Source: a virus (taxonomy: Duplodnaviria > Heunggongvirae > Uroviricota > Caudoviricetes). From it: a stretch of 36,030 bases of DNA. The stretch covers positions 1-36,030 of the IMG/VR virus record IMGVR_UViG_3300033696_000004; one strand, written 5' to 3'. A model generated the notes under the pieces. That model made no database searches and was not told the origin of the DNA. It saw nothing but the letters and a program-made list of their open reading frames with translations. The translations under genes and the position numbers were made by a program. Below, piece by piece: positions 25,872 to 35,091 of the stretch (its first letter is position 1; every line of letters begins with the position of its first letter).

Positions 25872-27894
25872 TATTAATGCTGCTAACGAGTTGTATGTAG
25901 ATTCTGCACTCGAAGCAGCACAGTCAATGGAAACATTGACTGAAGCTATAGACGAAAGTACTATAGTTACCGACGATCTCAATCAACTAATTATTAAGGA
26001 ACATAAGTCAGTAGAAAATCTGATTAATGCCAGAAATAAATTAGCTGATGACATAGGAAAAGGTAAAGGTGGAGGAGCACCTAGAAGAAAAAAACTTACG
26101 CCAGAAGAAAAGGCGGAAAACGACCGAATTAAAGCTGAAACTGATGCTATAAAAGAAGCCGAAAAAGCTAGAGTCAAAGCCGAAAGAGATGCTATAAAGG
26201 CTAAGGACAAGGCGGAAAATGACGCTATAAAATCTGCCGAAAAAGCTAGAGTCAAATCCGAAAAGGATGCTGAGAAAGTCAAGAAAAAAGCTGAATCTGA
26301 TGCTATACGGGCTAAAATTAAAGCTGAATCTGATGCCGAAAAAACTAGGATTAAATCTGATAGCGACGCTGAAAAAGCCAAGAAAAAAGCTGAATCTGAA
26401 AAATCTAAACTCGACAAAGAAGATATTGCACGTAAGAAAAAACAAGCACGGACTGACGAATCACGTCAGAAAATCGAAGAGAAAAATGCTAAACTTATAG
26501 CTGCTCTGGATGGAGAATTCAACAAACGAAAGGGTGTTGATAAAGAAATATTGGAGATCCGAGATAAGTATAGACGTGCAGCAGAAAAGGAAATCCCCAA
26601 GAACATAGGTCTATTCGCTAGAATGAATAGCGGTCTCGATAAATACATCAAGACCACCGAAAGTTCTATGGGTAGAATGTCTGCTAGTCTTTTCAAAAGT
26701 GGTGCTGGTTTCTTGGGGGATAAGTTAGATGAACTAACTGACATTCCAGGTCTGAAGCAAATCAAAACTGCTGGTAAGTTTGTCAATTCCAACATACTGG
26801 GTGCTAAACGTAGACGAATGGTCAACGATAACGCACAGAAGATGATTAGGGATGACCTAGACAAAAATGGTGGTGGTACATCTGGTTCGTTTGTTGGTGG
26901 AAAGAGTCCAACGTCTGGAACCGATGGTACTAATAAACGCATTGACAAAATGACAAAGTCCAATGATAGACAGAATAAAGAAATCATTGACCAACTTAAA
27001 AAACTTAACGAGACAGTTGGTAGCATCTACCAACATTTGATATTGAAAAGTATCATCAACATGTTTGGTAAGGGTTCTAATATACTTGGTTCTGCTGGTA
27101 AATTGGCTGGAGGTGCAGCTGCTGCGGCTGGTGTCAAGAAAGCAATTGATGCAATTGGTGGCAGGAAAGATGCCGACTTTGATGACATTGATAAAGATAA
27201 GAAGAACAAACCAGATACACCAGATAAGAAGAACAAACCCGATACACCAGACAACAAAACAAACAATGCTAAGTCAGGAAAGGTTAAAGCCAAAGTTGAG
27301 AAAGGCATTGCTAGTAAGTTCAAGAAAATGGTTGGTAAGGTTGGAGCAAGTTCTGTACTGAAATTTGCTAGCAGACTTGGTGCTGGATTGGTTTCTGGAC
27401 CTCTTGGATGGGCTGTTACTGGTGGACTTATTGCCAAAGACTTGTATGACATTGCTGACGAAGCTGGAATAGTTGACAAAGCAATAGACGAGTTCGGAGA
27501 GTTCGCTGAAACTTCTGGGTTGTCTGACTTATTTGGTAATGGTGACGTAAACTCAACATCCGAAACAATCAACCACAATAACACTGCTCCAGAACCAGTT
27601 GCTTCTAAGTTGAGTAGTCGTAAGTATGGTCAGTCTATTCCTATGCGTGGTATCGATGAATCCAACACTAAGGTAGAAGCTGCTACTCTTGCTCAAACCC
27701 AAGGGAAGGATGACTTACAAGCTAAAGCATACATGGCTATGGCTCAGTCGGTCTCAAATAATACTAACTCTGGTTCTAACGTTGTTACAAGTAACACTAA
27801 CGTTAACAATAATAATAACTATGGAAGTTCGTACAACTTTAACAATAGTCATTATCAATCAACTTTCGATAAAGGTACAAAGGTAGAAAGGTAA
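25858..27894 (+). CDS. Putative tape measure / tail length regulator (gp29 position)
   Basis: Long K/A/E helical protein after gp26/gp51, Gly/Ala hydrophobic patch, N/S/T-rich end. Confidence 0.6.
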   Translation: MKRSDINAANELYVDSALEAAQSMETLTEAIDESTIVTDDLNQLIIKEHKSVENLINARNKLADDIGKGKGGGAPRRKKLTPEEKAENDRIKAETDAIKEAEKARVKAERDAIKAKDKAENDAIKSAEKARVKSEKDAEKVKKKAESDAIRAKIKAESDAEKTRIKSDSDAEKAKKKAESEKSKLDKEDIARKKKQARTDESRQKIEEKNAKLIAALDGEFNKRKGVDKEILEIRDKYRRAAEKEIPKNIGLFARMNSGLDKYIKTTESSMGRMSASLFKSGAGFLGDKLDELTDIPGLKQIKTAGKFVNSNILGAKRRRMVNDNAQKMIRDDLDKNGGGTSGSFVGGKSPTSGTDGTNKRIDKMTKSNDRQNKEIIDQLKKLNETVGSIYQHLILKSIINMFGKGSNILGSAGKLAGGAAAAAGVKKAIDAIGGRKDADFDDIDKDKKNKPDTPDKKNKPDTPDNKTNNAKSGKVKAKVEKGIASKFKKMVGKVGASSVLKFASRLGAGLVSGPLGWAVTGGLIAKDLYDIADEAGIVDKAIDEFGEFAETSGLSDLFGNGDVNSTSETINHNNTAPEPVASKLSSRKYGQSIPMRGIDESNTKVEAATLAQTQGKDDLQAKAYMAMAQSVSNNTNSGSNVVTSNTNVNNNNNYGSSYNFNNSHYQSTFDKGTKVER

Positions 27895-27897
27895 TTT

Positions 27898-28500
27898 ATG
27901 ACAGCTGCAATTAATAACTTTGCACATAAAACTAGCTTCCGTCTGGATGTTCCAGACGGGGGTAAAACCCGTTCATTTCAACTCAATGTGCAAGAGACAT
28001 CTATACCAGGAATGAACATAGAAACTGCTACGGTTGCTTTAAGTCAACAATTGAAAGGTAGCATTTCTGGAACGGGTGTGACATTTGATCCATTGTCAGT
28101 TAGAATAATTTTAGATGAAGACATGAATGCTTATACGGAGATTTTTGAGTGGATGATGTCTACCGTCAATTTCCATGGTCGTCAAGTGTCAACCAAATCC
28201 AAGTACATGCCTCCATTCATACTATTACATGTTATTGACAACTCTAAACGAAAGATTGTATGTACATTCAAGTACCACGATCCTTACCCATTTTCAATGG
28301 CTCCACTAGACTTCTCGTATGTAGAAGATGGTAACCCTGCTATTCAATGTGATGTCCAATTCAACTATAAATGGTTTGACATTGAGAAAGATGGTGCTAT
28401 TATCTCTGCAAGACCTAACGTGTCTACTGATAGTAGTACTAAAAACTCATTTGGTATGCAAAATTCTACAAAAATTGGTTTACATCCTCTAATGAAATAG
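27898..28500 (+). CDS. gp3: Tail completion and sheath stabilizer
   Basis: FQLNVQ-x3-IPG, FDPL-x-VRIILDEDM-x2-Y-x-EI-x2-WM, LHVIDNSK. Confidence 0.9.
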   Translation: MTAAINNFAHKTSFRLDVPDGGKTRSFQLNVQETSIPGMNIETATVALSQQLKGSISGTGVTFDPLSVRIILDEDMNAYTEIFEWMMSTVNFHGRQVSTKSKYMPPFILLHVIDNSKRKIVCTFKYHDPYPFSMAPLDFSYVEDGNPAIQCDVQFNYKWFDIEKDGAIISARPNVSTDSSTKNSFGMQNSTKIGLHPLMK

Positions 28501-28507
28501 GTATAAT
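28479..28507 (+). promoter_or_regulatory. Early promoter
   Basis: (G)TTTACA-17-TATAAT. Confidence 0.7.
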
Positions 28508-28536
28508 GTTCTCATTCAATAACAAGTGAGAACATT

Positions 28537-29244
28537 ATGAAAAATCTATTAGTAATTTCCGCCAAGAAGCGTTGTGGTAAAGATACCGTAGCGAAGATGG
28601 TACGCGATATCATTGGTGAAGGAAACACAGTATCATACGCATTAGCGGAACCAATTAAACGTGCGTTATGGTATGGTCTGAAATTTGCTCATGTTCGCAA
28701 TCCATTAAATCGTGAAGTGATCACAATTGATAACATCAACGGTTTGAATAAGTTTGACCGTGAAATGGATCTAAATCTTAGTAGCTACCAACTTGCATCT
28801 GTGCTTAAAACTGCATGGGGTGAAGTTGAAGCCATGCGTGGTGAACTTGGTGTCCATACAATGGACGCACTAGGTCTTATCGATAATCAAGTTGCTTCCG
28901 AAGATAAAGTTTGGTCGATTCGTCGCTTGATGCAAGTATTCGGTACTGACATCTGTGTAGCAGTAAATCAAATGATTTGGATGAAGTTTATGGCTGATCA
29001 TTACTTGGATGCAATTGCAGAAAATAAATTAATGATCATTACTGATTGTCGTCAAGAGCATGAAATGAAAGCACTTCGTATGATGGGTGGAACATTCTGG
29101 TTTGTTAATCGGGATCTTCCTGAACTAAATACGGATACGCATATCACTGAGCGCGGTCTGCAACCAAAAATAACCGATGTTGTTATTGACAACAATGGTA
29201 CACTTGAAGAACTTAGTCAAAACGTTTACGGATTATTTTTATAA
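28537..29244 (+). CDS. gp1: Deoxynucleoside monophosphate kinase
   Basis: KKRCGKDT P-loop, RRLMQVFGTD, DCRQEHE, DTHITERGL. Confidence 0.93.
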   Translation: MKNLLVISAKKRCGKDTVAKMVRDIIGEGNTVSYALAEPIKRALWYGLKFAHVRNPLNREVITIDNINGLNKFDREMDLNLSSYQLASVLKTAWGEVEAMRGELGVHTMDALGLIDNQVASEDKVWSIRRLMQVFGTDICVAVNQMIWMKFMADHYLDAIAENKLMIITDCRQEHEMKALRMMGGTFWFVNRDLPELNTDTHITERGLQPKITDVVIDNNGTLEELSQNVYGLFL

Positions 29245-29328
29245 TTTTTTTGTTTACTTTTGTCAATTTTCTGGTAAACTAATAATCAAGTCGAAAGACA
29301 TCATAAACTACAAAAAGGTAAACTCCAA

Positions 29329-29607
29329 ATGGAAAAGCAAATTCAACAACTTCAAGGTGAAGTACAATCTCTTAAAGTTCGTCTATTTGATGCTAATGAA
29401 GCACTAACCGCAGAACGTGGCGGTATCAATCAAATTATGCAACAACTTGTTCAAGTGGCTAAAGTTAAAGGCGACGAGAACGGTAATGTAACGATTGATT
29501 CTATTCTTGCTCGTGTTCAAACTCTAGTTACCCTCGAAGAAGGCGAAGCAGCAGTAGAGCTAGGGCTAGATCCAGAAGTAACTACTGTTATTGCTGACGA
29601 AATGTAA
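29329..29607 (+). CDS. gp57A: Tail fiber assembly chaperone
   Basis: LKVRLFD coiled coil; position between gp1 and gp57B. Confidence 0.8.
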   Translation: MEKQIQQLQGEVQSLKVRLFDANEALTAERGGINQIMQQLVQVAKVKGDENGNVTIDSILARVQTLVTLEEGEAAVELGLDPEVTTVIADEM

Positions 29608-30092
29608 TGATTTCATTCACTCAGTTCTTAGCTGAGTCGAAAGAAGGTGATGGAACTTATGCTTCCGTCACCTTTACTTCTGGGTCTACCAAACAGCTAA
29701 GAGACATTCAGAAGCAATACGGTATTCCCAACCCACTACAACGTAATAAATTCCATAGTACTTTGATCTATTCGAGAAATGTACTAAAGGATGTTGATTC
29801 AAAAGATTTACGATTACCACTTGACACAAAGTCATTTGTTATGGAAGAATGGGATCAACGCAACGGTAAGACATGTTTAGTTTTGAAATATGAATCCGAA
29901 TGGATGAAAGAACGTCATGATTTCTATCGCAGTATTGGTGGAACCCATGATTTCGATTCTTATACTCCGCATATCACTCTGAGTTACGATTTAGAAGATA
30001 AGGCTGGACAGTTCAACGGAAAGACTGTAGAATTAAACCTTACGTTAGCTCGTGAAGTTGTAGAACCACTCAATACAGAGTGGTCGAAATAA
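29607..30092 (+). CDS. gp57B: 2H phosphoesterase, gp57B/Acb1 anti-CBASS family
   Basis: Two HxT motifs: FHSTLIYSR and YTPHITLSY; synteny. Confidence 0.9.
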   Translation: MISFTQFLAESKEGDGTYASVTFTSGSTKQLRDIQKQYGIPNPLQRNKFHSTLIYSRNVLKDVDSKDLRLPLDTKSFVMEEWDQRNGKTCLVLKYESEWMKERHDFYRSIGGTHDFDSYTPHITLSYDLEDKAGQFNGKTVELNLTLAREVVEPLNTEWSK

Positions 30093-30110
30093 GCACTGAT
30101 AGTGCTTTGT

Positions 30111-30185
30111 GGTCCGTTAACATAATGGTTAATGTAGCAAGCTCATAACTTGTTGAAGCTGGTTCGATTCCAGCACGGATCACAA
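30111..30185 (+). tRNA. tRNA with CAT anticodon (elongator Met or Ile2); ends ACAA, no encoded CCA
   Basis: Cloverleaf: GGTCCGT/ACGGATC, ACAT/ATGT, GCAAG-CTCATAA-CTTGT, GCTGG-TTCGATT-CCAGC. Confidence 0.88.
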
Positions 30186-30332
30186 AGCGTTATTTGTAGC
30201 CGTAAGGCACTTAAAGAAATAGACTGACGAGTCTTGAAGTCGTCCAGCTGAAACCCTCTGATTATACACTCGCTTCCCCTATTTTGAATAGGTTCTAGTC
30301 TGTATTGACATGGTAGGAAGGGGCGCAACACT

Positions 30333-30435
30333 GGGGGTGTAGCTCAATTGGAAGAGCAGTATCCTTCTCAAGTATTTTTCAATAGAGTCCTTGAGAAGAT
30401 ATTGGTTGCTGGTTCGAATCCAGCCATCCCTACCA
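30333..30435 (+). tRNA. tRNA-Arg-like gene with 27-nt insertion in the anticodon loop
   Basis: Intact acceptor, D and T arms, A20, ACCA end; anticodon loop 34 nt. Confidence 0.8.
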
Positions 30436-30439
30436 TTTT

Positions 30440-30467
30440 AAAAACCAGTGCAATGCACTGGTTTTTT
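30440..30467 (+). terminator. Intrinsic terminator after tRNAs
   Basis: AAAAACCAGTGCA-A-TGCACTGGTTTTTT. Confidence 0.85.
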
Positions 30468-30502
30468 ATTGCCAAAAAATGTCAAATAGTTTCATAAATT
30501 AC

Positions 30503-30531
30503 TTGACACAATGAGTATACTAGAATATACT
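30503..30531 (+). promoter_or_regulatory. Sigma70 promoter
   Basis: TTGACA-17-TATACT. Confidence 0.7.
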
Positions 30532-30598
30532 TAGTTCCAAGTTGAGAGGAATCATCTCAATGAAAAAATCAATCGTATCTATAGTTAAAGGAAATTCA

Positions 30599-32794
30599 AT
30601 GATCAATTCAATCGAACTTAAAAATAAAGTAGCTACTATTCTTCCTACTAACCATTTCGTTGTATGTGACGTGTCGTACTCGATGTACCAATCACTACCA
30701 AAAATGCGTAAGATGTTGAAAGAATCACTACCTACATTAGTTAAAGATGGTGATACAGTCTCTATCATTTACTTCTCTGGTAGTAACCAATGTGGTACTA
30801 TTTTCACTGGCGAAGAAATCAAATCTATAAATGACTTGACTTCAATCAATAGCGCAATTGACAAATACTTAACTCCAATTGGTTGCACAAGCTTTATTAA
30901 ACCACTTGAACTAGCATTTGATACTGCAAAAGAATTAACTAGCCGTAATGGTTTGTTGAACTCTATTGTGTTTATCAGTGATGGTTACCATAACGAAGGT
31001 GGTTCACGTAATGACATTCTTAAAACATGTGAAAAGTTACCTCTAGTTTTCTCGGACATCAACTTTATCGAATACGGCTATTACGTTGACCGTGATTTAT
31101 TCGAAAAGATGACAAAAGCAACTGACGCACTCCACACATTCGCTGAAAACTATGATGCGTTTGTTCCAGCTTTCCAAGATATCATTTCTTGTGGTAAAGC
31201 GGTTAAGATTGAAGTCGAAGTTGGAAACGCTGAACAAGCTGTTTACATCGATTCTGGTCGTATCTATACTGTTAACGCAGTAAATGGTATCACGCTAATC
31301 CCAGAACACGTTGCTCAAGTATGGGCGGTTGGTTCAACTACTATCGATTCAGTAGACTCTATCGACGATGTCCAAGTACTATACGTGCTTTTACATAATG
31401 CGGTTACTAACATGAATCCCGATTTGGCGTGGAAAGTTCTGAAGAAGTTAGGTGACGTTCGCTTGATTAAAGCATACGATAACTGCTTCACTAAGCAAGA
31501 TTATTCAAATGCTAAAGACATGATTTCTGAAGCTGTAGTTGATACAACAAAACGTTTTGTTGATGGTATTGATTACAACATGGTTCCAGATGAAAACGCA
31601 GTTACGGTTAGTGATGTACTAAATGTACTTGTGAATAACAACGCAATGGTTGACATCAAATCTGAACACTTCTCATACAACCGTACGGGTCGTGCTACTA
31701 CTCAGAAAGCAGATGATACAATTGACAAATTAAGTGATGCAATCTCTAATGCAGAAACTGCTGTAGAACGTAAAGCTCTAGCAATGCAGATGGTTGAACA
31801 CGAAGAATGGACTCCAGAATTCACAAATGTAGAAACACTTGTTCCTATGAATAAGCTAGTATCAAATGGTTCTCGTCCCAACATTAGCATTAATACGGAC
31901 ATGAAAGGTTTCGTAACGATTCCTCAATCATTACAAGATAAGTATGGTCTACCCTCTACAGTTGATAGCAAGATCTACCGTAACTATACAGTAGTTAAAG
32001 ATGGTATCATTAACATGAAGAACATTCCTGTTATTGTTCCATCAGATGCAATCCATGCAATCATGGACACGGGTGTAAATTTCACTCAGTATCAAAGTGA
32101 ACGTGCTATTGGTGGTGAAGTTGCTTTATTGATTCACATTGACTCGGTTCCATTAGTTAATCGTTCTATGGCTAAGAACATTTCTGGTAACAAGTTCTTA
32201 ACTGACCAAGTTAAACTGCAAGCTCTTAAAGCTCGTGCCAAGGTATTCAAGCACTTCCGTGATGAATTATTGGGTGGTCGTTCTGCGACTAACGCTGCTA
32301 AAATGGCTGAACTATATGGTGCAGATGCTGCTAAGTTCCTATCCGAGAACGGATTACGTGACTACGGTTTCAGTCCTAAAGTAGAACGTGCGGAATCAAC
32401 TGATTTTTATATGTCGAAAGAGCTAAACGTTAAGATTAAGACTCTATCAAGTCTTCCAGCTGTTAACGCAGTACAGAAGAAAATTGACACAAACAAAAAA
32501 CTTAACGCTGCTGATACTGTGATGAAGCTTGCTATGGATGATTACCAATCCGCAGTTGAGTTGTTTGATAACGATACAGATGCGTTAATCGACTTTATCA
32601 CTACTCAAACCAAGAACACGATTGGTAAGACTCGCTTCTTAGAAAGTGAACTAAGTAAAGTGATGTATGGTATCGTAGTTGCTAAGTCGTGGTTTGCTGA
32701 CATGGATTTAGAAGACACTACCATGCAGATTGATTACGCTGGCTTCAAGTTTGACGTTACAATCGAATTAGAAGAGAAAAAGATTAGTATTTAA
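30599..32794 (+). CDS. vWA (MIDAS) domain-containing protein
   Basis: VVCDVSYSM (DxSxS), GCT, FISDG; start 30599 (AAGGA) or 30560. Confidence 0.8.
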   Translation: MINSIELKNKVATILPTNHFVVCDVSYSMYQSLPKMRKMLKESLPTLVKDGDTVSIIYFSGSNQCGTIFTGEEIKSINDLTSINSAIDKYLTPIGCTSFIKPLELAFDTAKELTSRNGLLNSIVFISDGYHNEGGSRNDILKTCEKLPLVFSDINFIEYGYYVDRDLFEKMTKATDALHTFAENYDAFVPAFQDIISCGKAVKIEVEVGNAEQAVYIDSGRIYTVNAVNGITLIPEHVAQVWAVGSTTIDSVDSIDDVQVLYVLLHNAVTNMNPDLAWKVLKKLGDVRLIKAYDNCFTKQDYSNAKDMISEAVVDTTKRFVDGIDYNMVPDENAVTVSDVLNVLVNNNAMVDIKSEHFSYNRTGRATTQKADDTIDKLSDAISNAETAVERKALAMQMVEHEEWTPEFTNVETLVPMNKLVSNGSRPNISINTDMKGFVTIPQSLQDKYGLPSTVDSKIYRNYTVVKDGIINMKNIPVIVPSDAIHAIMDTGVNFTQYQSERAIGGEVALLIHIDSVPLVNRSMAKNISGNKFLTDQVKLQALKARAKVFKHFRDELLGGRSATNAAKMAELYGADAAKFLSENGLRDYGFSPKVERAESTDFYMSKELNVKIKTLSSLPAVNAVQKKIDTNKKLNAADTVMKLAMDDYQSAVELFDNDTDALIDFITTQTKNTIGKTRFLESELSKVMYGIVVAKSWFADMDLEDTTMQIDYAGFKFDVTIELEEKKISI

Positions 32795-32805
32795 TTGAAA
32801 TAACT

Positions 32806-32846
32806 GGGGCTTGTCAATTGACAAGCCCCTTTTTATTGGGTAACAT
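32806..32846 (+). terminator. Terminator overlapping the -35 of the next promoter
   Basis: GGGGCTTGTCAATTGACAAGCCCC-TTTTT; TTGACA-17-TAACAT. Confidence 0.75.
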
Positions 32847-32877
32847 ACTTGCATCAACTACGAACAAGGCAATAAAG

Positions 32878-33120
32878 ATGAAAATCGGAGATATGGTAAA
32901 GCCAACTGAGAAAATTAAATATCAATTGGTATCAGGGTGTTGTCATTATCATTATGCTGTTGTTGCAAACCTAGAACCATTTGTGTTAGTATCTTCTACA
33001 CTGGATATGAAATGGGAAGCAACGATACAGCCTGATTACTTTGAAGTATTTGACCACGTAGATAATCATTCAGTTTCTGATGATTTTATTAACCAAATTA
33101 AAGCACGTTCTGGATACTAA
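32878..33120 (+). CDS. Hypothetical protein, 80 aa
   Basis: Start moved to ATG 32878 (MKIGDMV). Confidence 0.7.
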   Translation: MKIGDMVKPTEKIKYQLVSGCCHYHYAVVANLEPFVLVSSTLDMKWEATIQPDYFEVFDHVDNHSVSDDFINQIKARSGY

Positions 33121-33122
33121 TT

Positions 33123-34622
33123 ATGAAATTTACACTATCTAACCAACAGAAAGACGTAATCGAAAATAACCGCACTGCAAAGACACTTAAAATTAACGCT
33201 GGTTCTGGTTGTGCTAAGACTTCAACTCTAGTTGAACTAGCAAATAGTTGTAATGAAAACATTCTTTACCTAGCATACAACACTGCTATGAAAGACGAAG
33301 CTAAGAACAAGTTCCCACCTAATGTTGAATGTAAGACGACTCACTCACTAGCATACGGTATCACTGGTCTTGCTATTGCTCATAAGTTCTCACGTCCTAC
33401 AGGTGGCTATGTTAACGTCTGTGGTACTGGTAAAGAAGTAGGTATGCAGTTCGGTCTTCGCTTCAATGGTGTGTCTGCTGCGTTCCGTGGTACTATCATC
33501 CGTGAAACTGTTAATAATTTCGAATACAGTGCTGATTCTGTTATTACTGTTAATCACGTTCCTAAGTCTCGCTTACTAGAAGTAGCAAAGCAGATGCGTG
33601 GCAACAAGATGTCGGATGATAAGATTGTTGAGCAAGTTAAGCGCATTCGCAACGAAGCTGTTAAGTACGCTACTTCATTATGGGCTATGCGTCGTGATCC
33701 TAACTCTCCTACCATGTGTACTCATGATACGTATCTGAAGTTGTTCCAGATGCGTGGTGTTAAGATTACAGGTTACGATACGATCTACTTAGACGAAGCA
33801 CAAGACACCAACGAATGCGTACTAAGTATCATCAATAATCAAGACTGTAAATTAGTTATGGTTGGTGATGAATACCAGTCAATCTATCAATGGCGTGGTT
33901 CTGTTAACGCAATGGAAAAGGTTGATACCGAATACACTGGTATCCTGAGTAAGAGTTACCGCTTCGGTGACAAAATCGCTGAAATTGCAAATACAATCCT
34001 TCGTGGTAAGTTCAAGTTAGAAGGGTTCGAGAAGGTCAATTCGAAAGCTGGTCGCAGTGAAGTCATTGATGGTTCTAAACCATATACAATCATCTACCGT
34101 ACCAACATGGCGTTGATTTCTGATGCATTTGACTTGATTTCTGATGGTCATACCGTCAACATCAAGGTATCAAACTTACGTGACATGATTGCTAAACTAG
34201 AATCGGTTTATGCACTACATAAGAATGAACCACGTGGTGTTAAACATCCAGACATCCAGTTGTTTGATTGCATTGAAGAACTGGAAGAAGAAACAAAGTC
34301 TAACTCTGAGTTAAGTCTTTGTCTGAAGATTGCACGTTCTGACGATTATGAGCGTTCTATTAACATCCTGAAGAACTACAAGCCAATTCTTAATGCACAC
34401 ATCACTATGTGTACTGCACACGGCTCTAAGGGTCTTGAGTGGAACCAAGTAATGCTTGCTGAAGACTTTGGTTCTGGTATGCGTAAAGAAGGCGAAGACG
34501 AGATCTTCATTGGATTGACTGACCAAGAACGTAACTTACTTTATGTTGCTGCTACACGTGCTAAGATTAACTTACAGTATAATCAAACGGTTCAAAACTT
34601 TATCGACAATAAACCAAATTAA
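33123..34622 (+). CDS. UvrD/Rep-like superfamily 1 helicase
   Basis: AGSGCAKT, DEAQD, VGDEYQSIYQWRG, SYRFG, TAHGSKGLEW, LLYVAATRAK. Confidence 0.9.
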   Translation: MKFTLSNQQKDVIENNRTAKTLKINAGSGCAKTSTLVELANSCNENILYLAYNTAMKDEAKNKFPPNVECKTTHSLAYGITGLAIAHKFSRPTGGYVNVCGTGKEVGMQFGLRFNGVSAAFRGTIIRETVNNFEYSADSVITVNHVPKSRLLEVAKQMRGNKMSDDKIVEQVKRIRNEAVKYATSLWAMRRDPNSPTMCTHDTYLKLFQMRGVKITGYDTIYLDEAQDTNECVLSIINNQDCKLVMVGDEYQSIYQWRGSVNAMEKVDTEYTGILSKSYRFGDKIAEIANTILRGKFKLEGFEKVNSKAGRSEVIDGSKPYTIIYRTNMALISDAFDLISDGHTVNIKVSNLRDMIAKLESVYALHKNEPRGVKHPDIQLFDCIEELEEETKSNSELSLCLKIARSDDYERSINILKNYKPILNAHITMCTAHGSKGLEWNQVMLAEDFGSGMRKEGEDEIFIGLTDQERNLLYVAATRAKINLQYNQTVQNFIDNKPN

Positions 34623-34624
34623 TT

Positions 34625-34653
34625 GTTTACTTTAGTCGGTATTGTGGTATTAT
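34625..34653 (+). promoter_or_regulatory. Early promoter for the RNA cluster
   Basis: GTTTAC...TGTGGTATTAT; same type at 35285 and 35407. Confidence 0.75.
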
Positions 34654-34817
34654 AGATTCATGGGTTGGGAGGGAAACTTCCCAATTCATCTTAAAATGCA
34701 TACTGGAAGTGTTCACGGTCTGGAAACAGATGACATTACTCGGTGAACTCCTAGACGATTCCTTACTAGAGTTTCGTTAATTATGGAAAGGTAGTCCTTA
34801 TGTATTTTAAAATGAAT

Positions 34818-34911
34818 GGAGAGATGGTCGAGTATGGCTTATGACACACCACTGCTAATGGTGTAACCGAGGAAACTTGGTTCTAGGGTTCGAATCCCTA
34901 TCTCTCCGCCA
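34818..34911 (+). tRNA. tRNA-Ser(GCT)
   Basis: GGAGAGA/TCTCTCC, CACCA-CTGCTAA-TGGTG, long variable arm AACCGAG-GAAA-CTTGGTT, GCCA end. Confidence 0.95.
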
Positions 34912-35091
34912 GTTTTGTGTAATCCTCCTGTTTGGAGTTTTCATGGTAAAAGGTGGTGTGCAAGCTATAAAGTGCTAACCCACGCCCTTCGGGGAAGCTA
35001 TTGTGTTCTATAAGAACAACGTTGATACATGGCAATAACACTAGCAGCGAATCATTCTACGCCTTATTGGAGGGGGTTCGCAAACAACTAT

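Noticed and set aside
25983..27584. Long antisense and alternate-frame ORFs
   Set aside because: Shadows of the low-complexity K/A/E-rich gene; the same applies to other track ORFs nested in or opposite to assigned genes (e.g. 5679, 5979, 7009, 19284, 23939)
30224..30253. Hammerhead ribozyme (CTGACGA...GAAA)
   Set aside because: Stem II does not close onto GAAA and GACGA pairs with TCGTC instead
34912..34990. HDV-like (theta) ribozyme after tRNA-Ser
   Set aside because: Could not place P1/P2/P3/P1.1 in the required order
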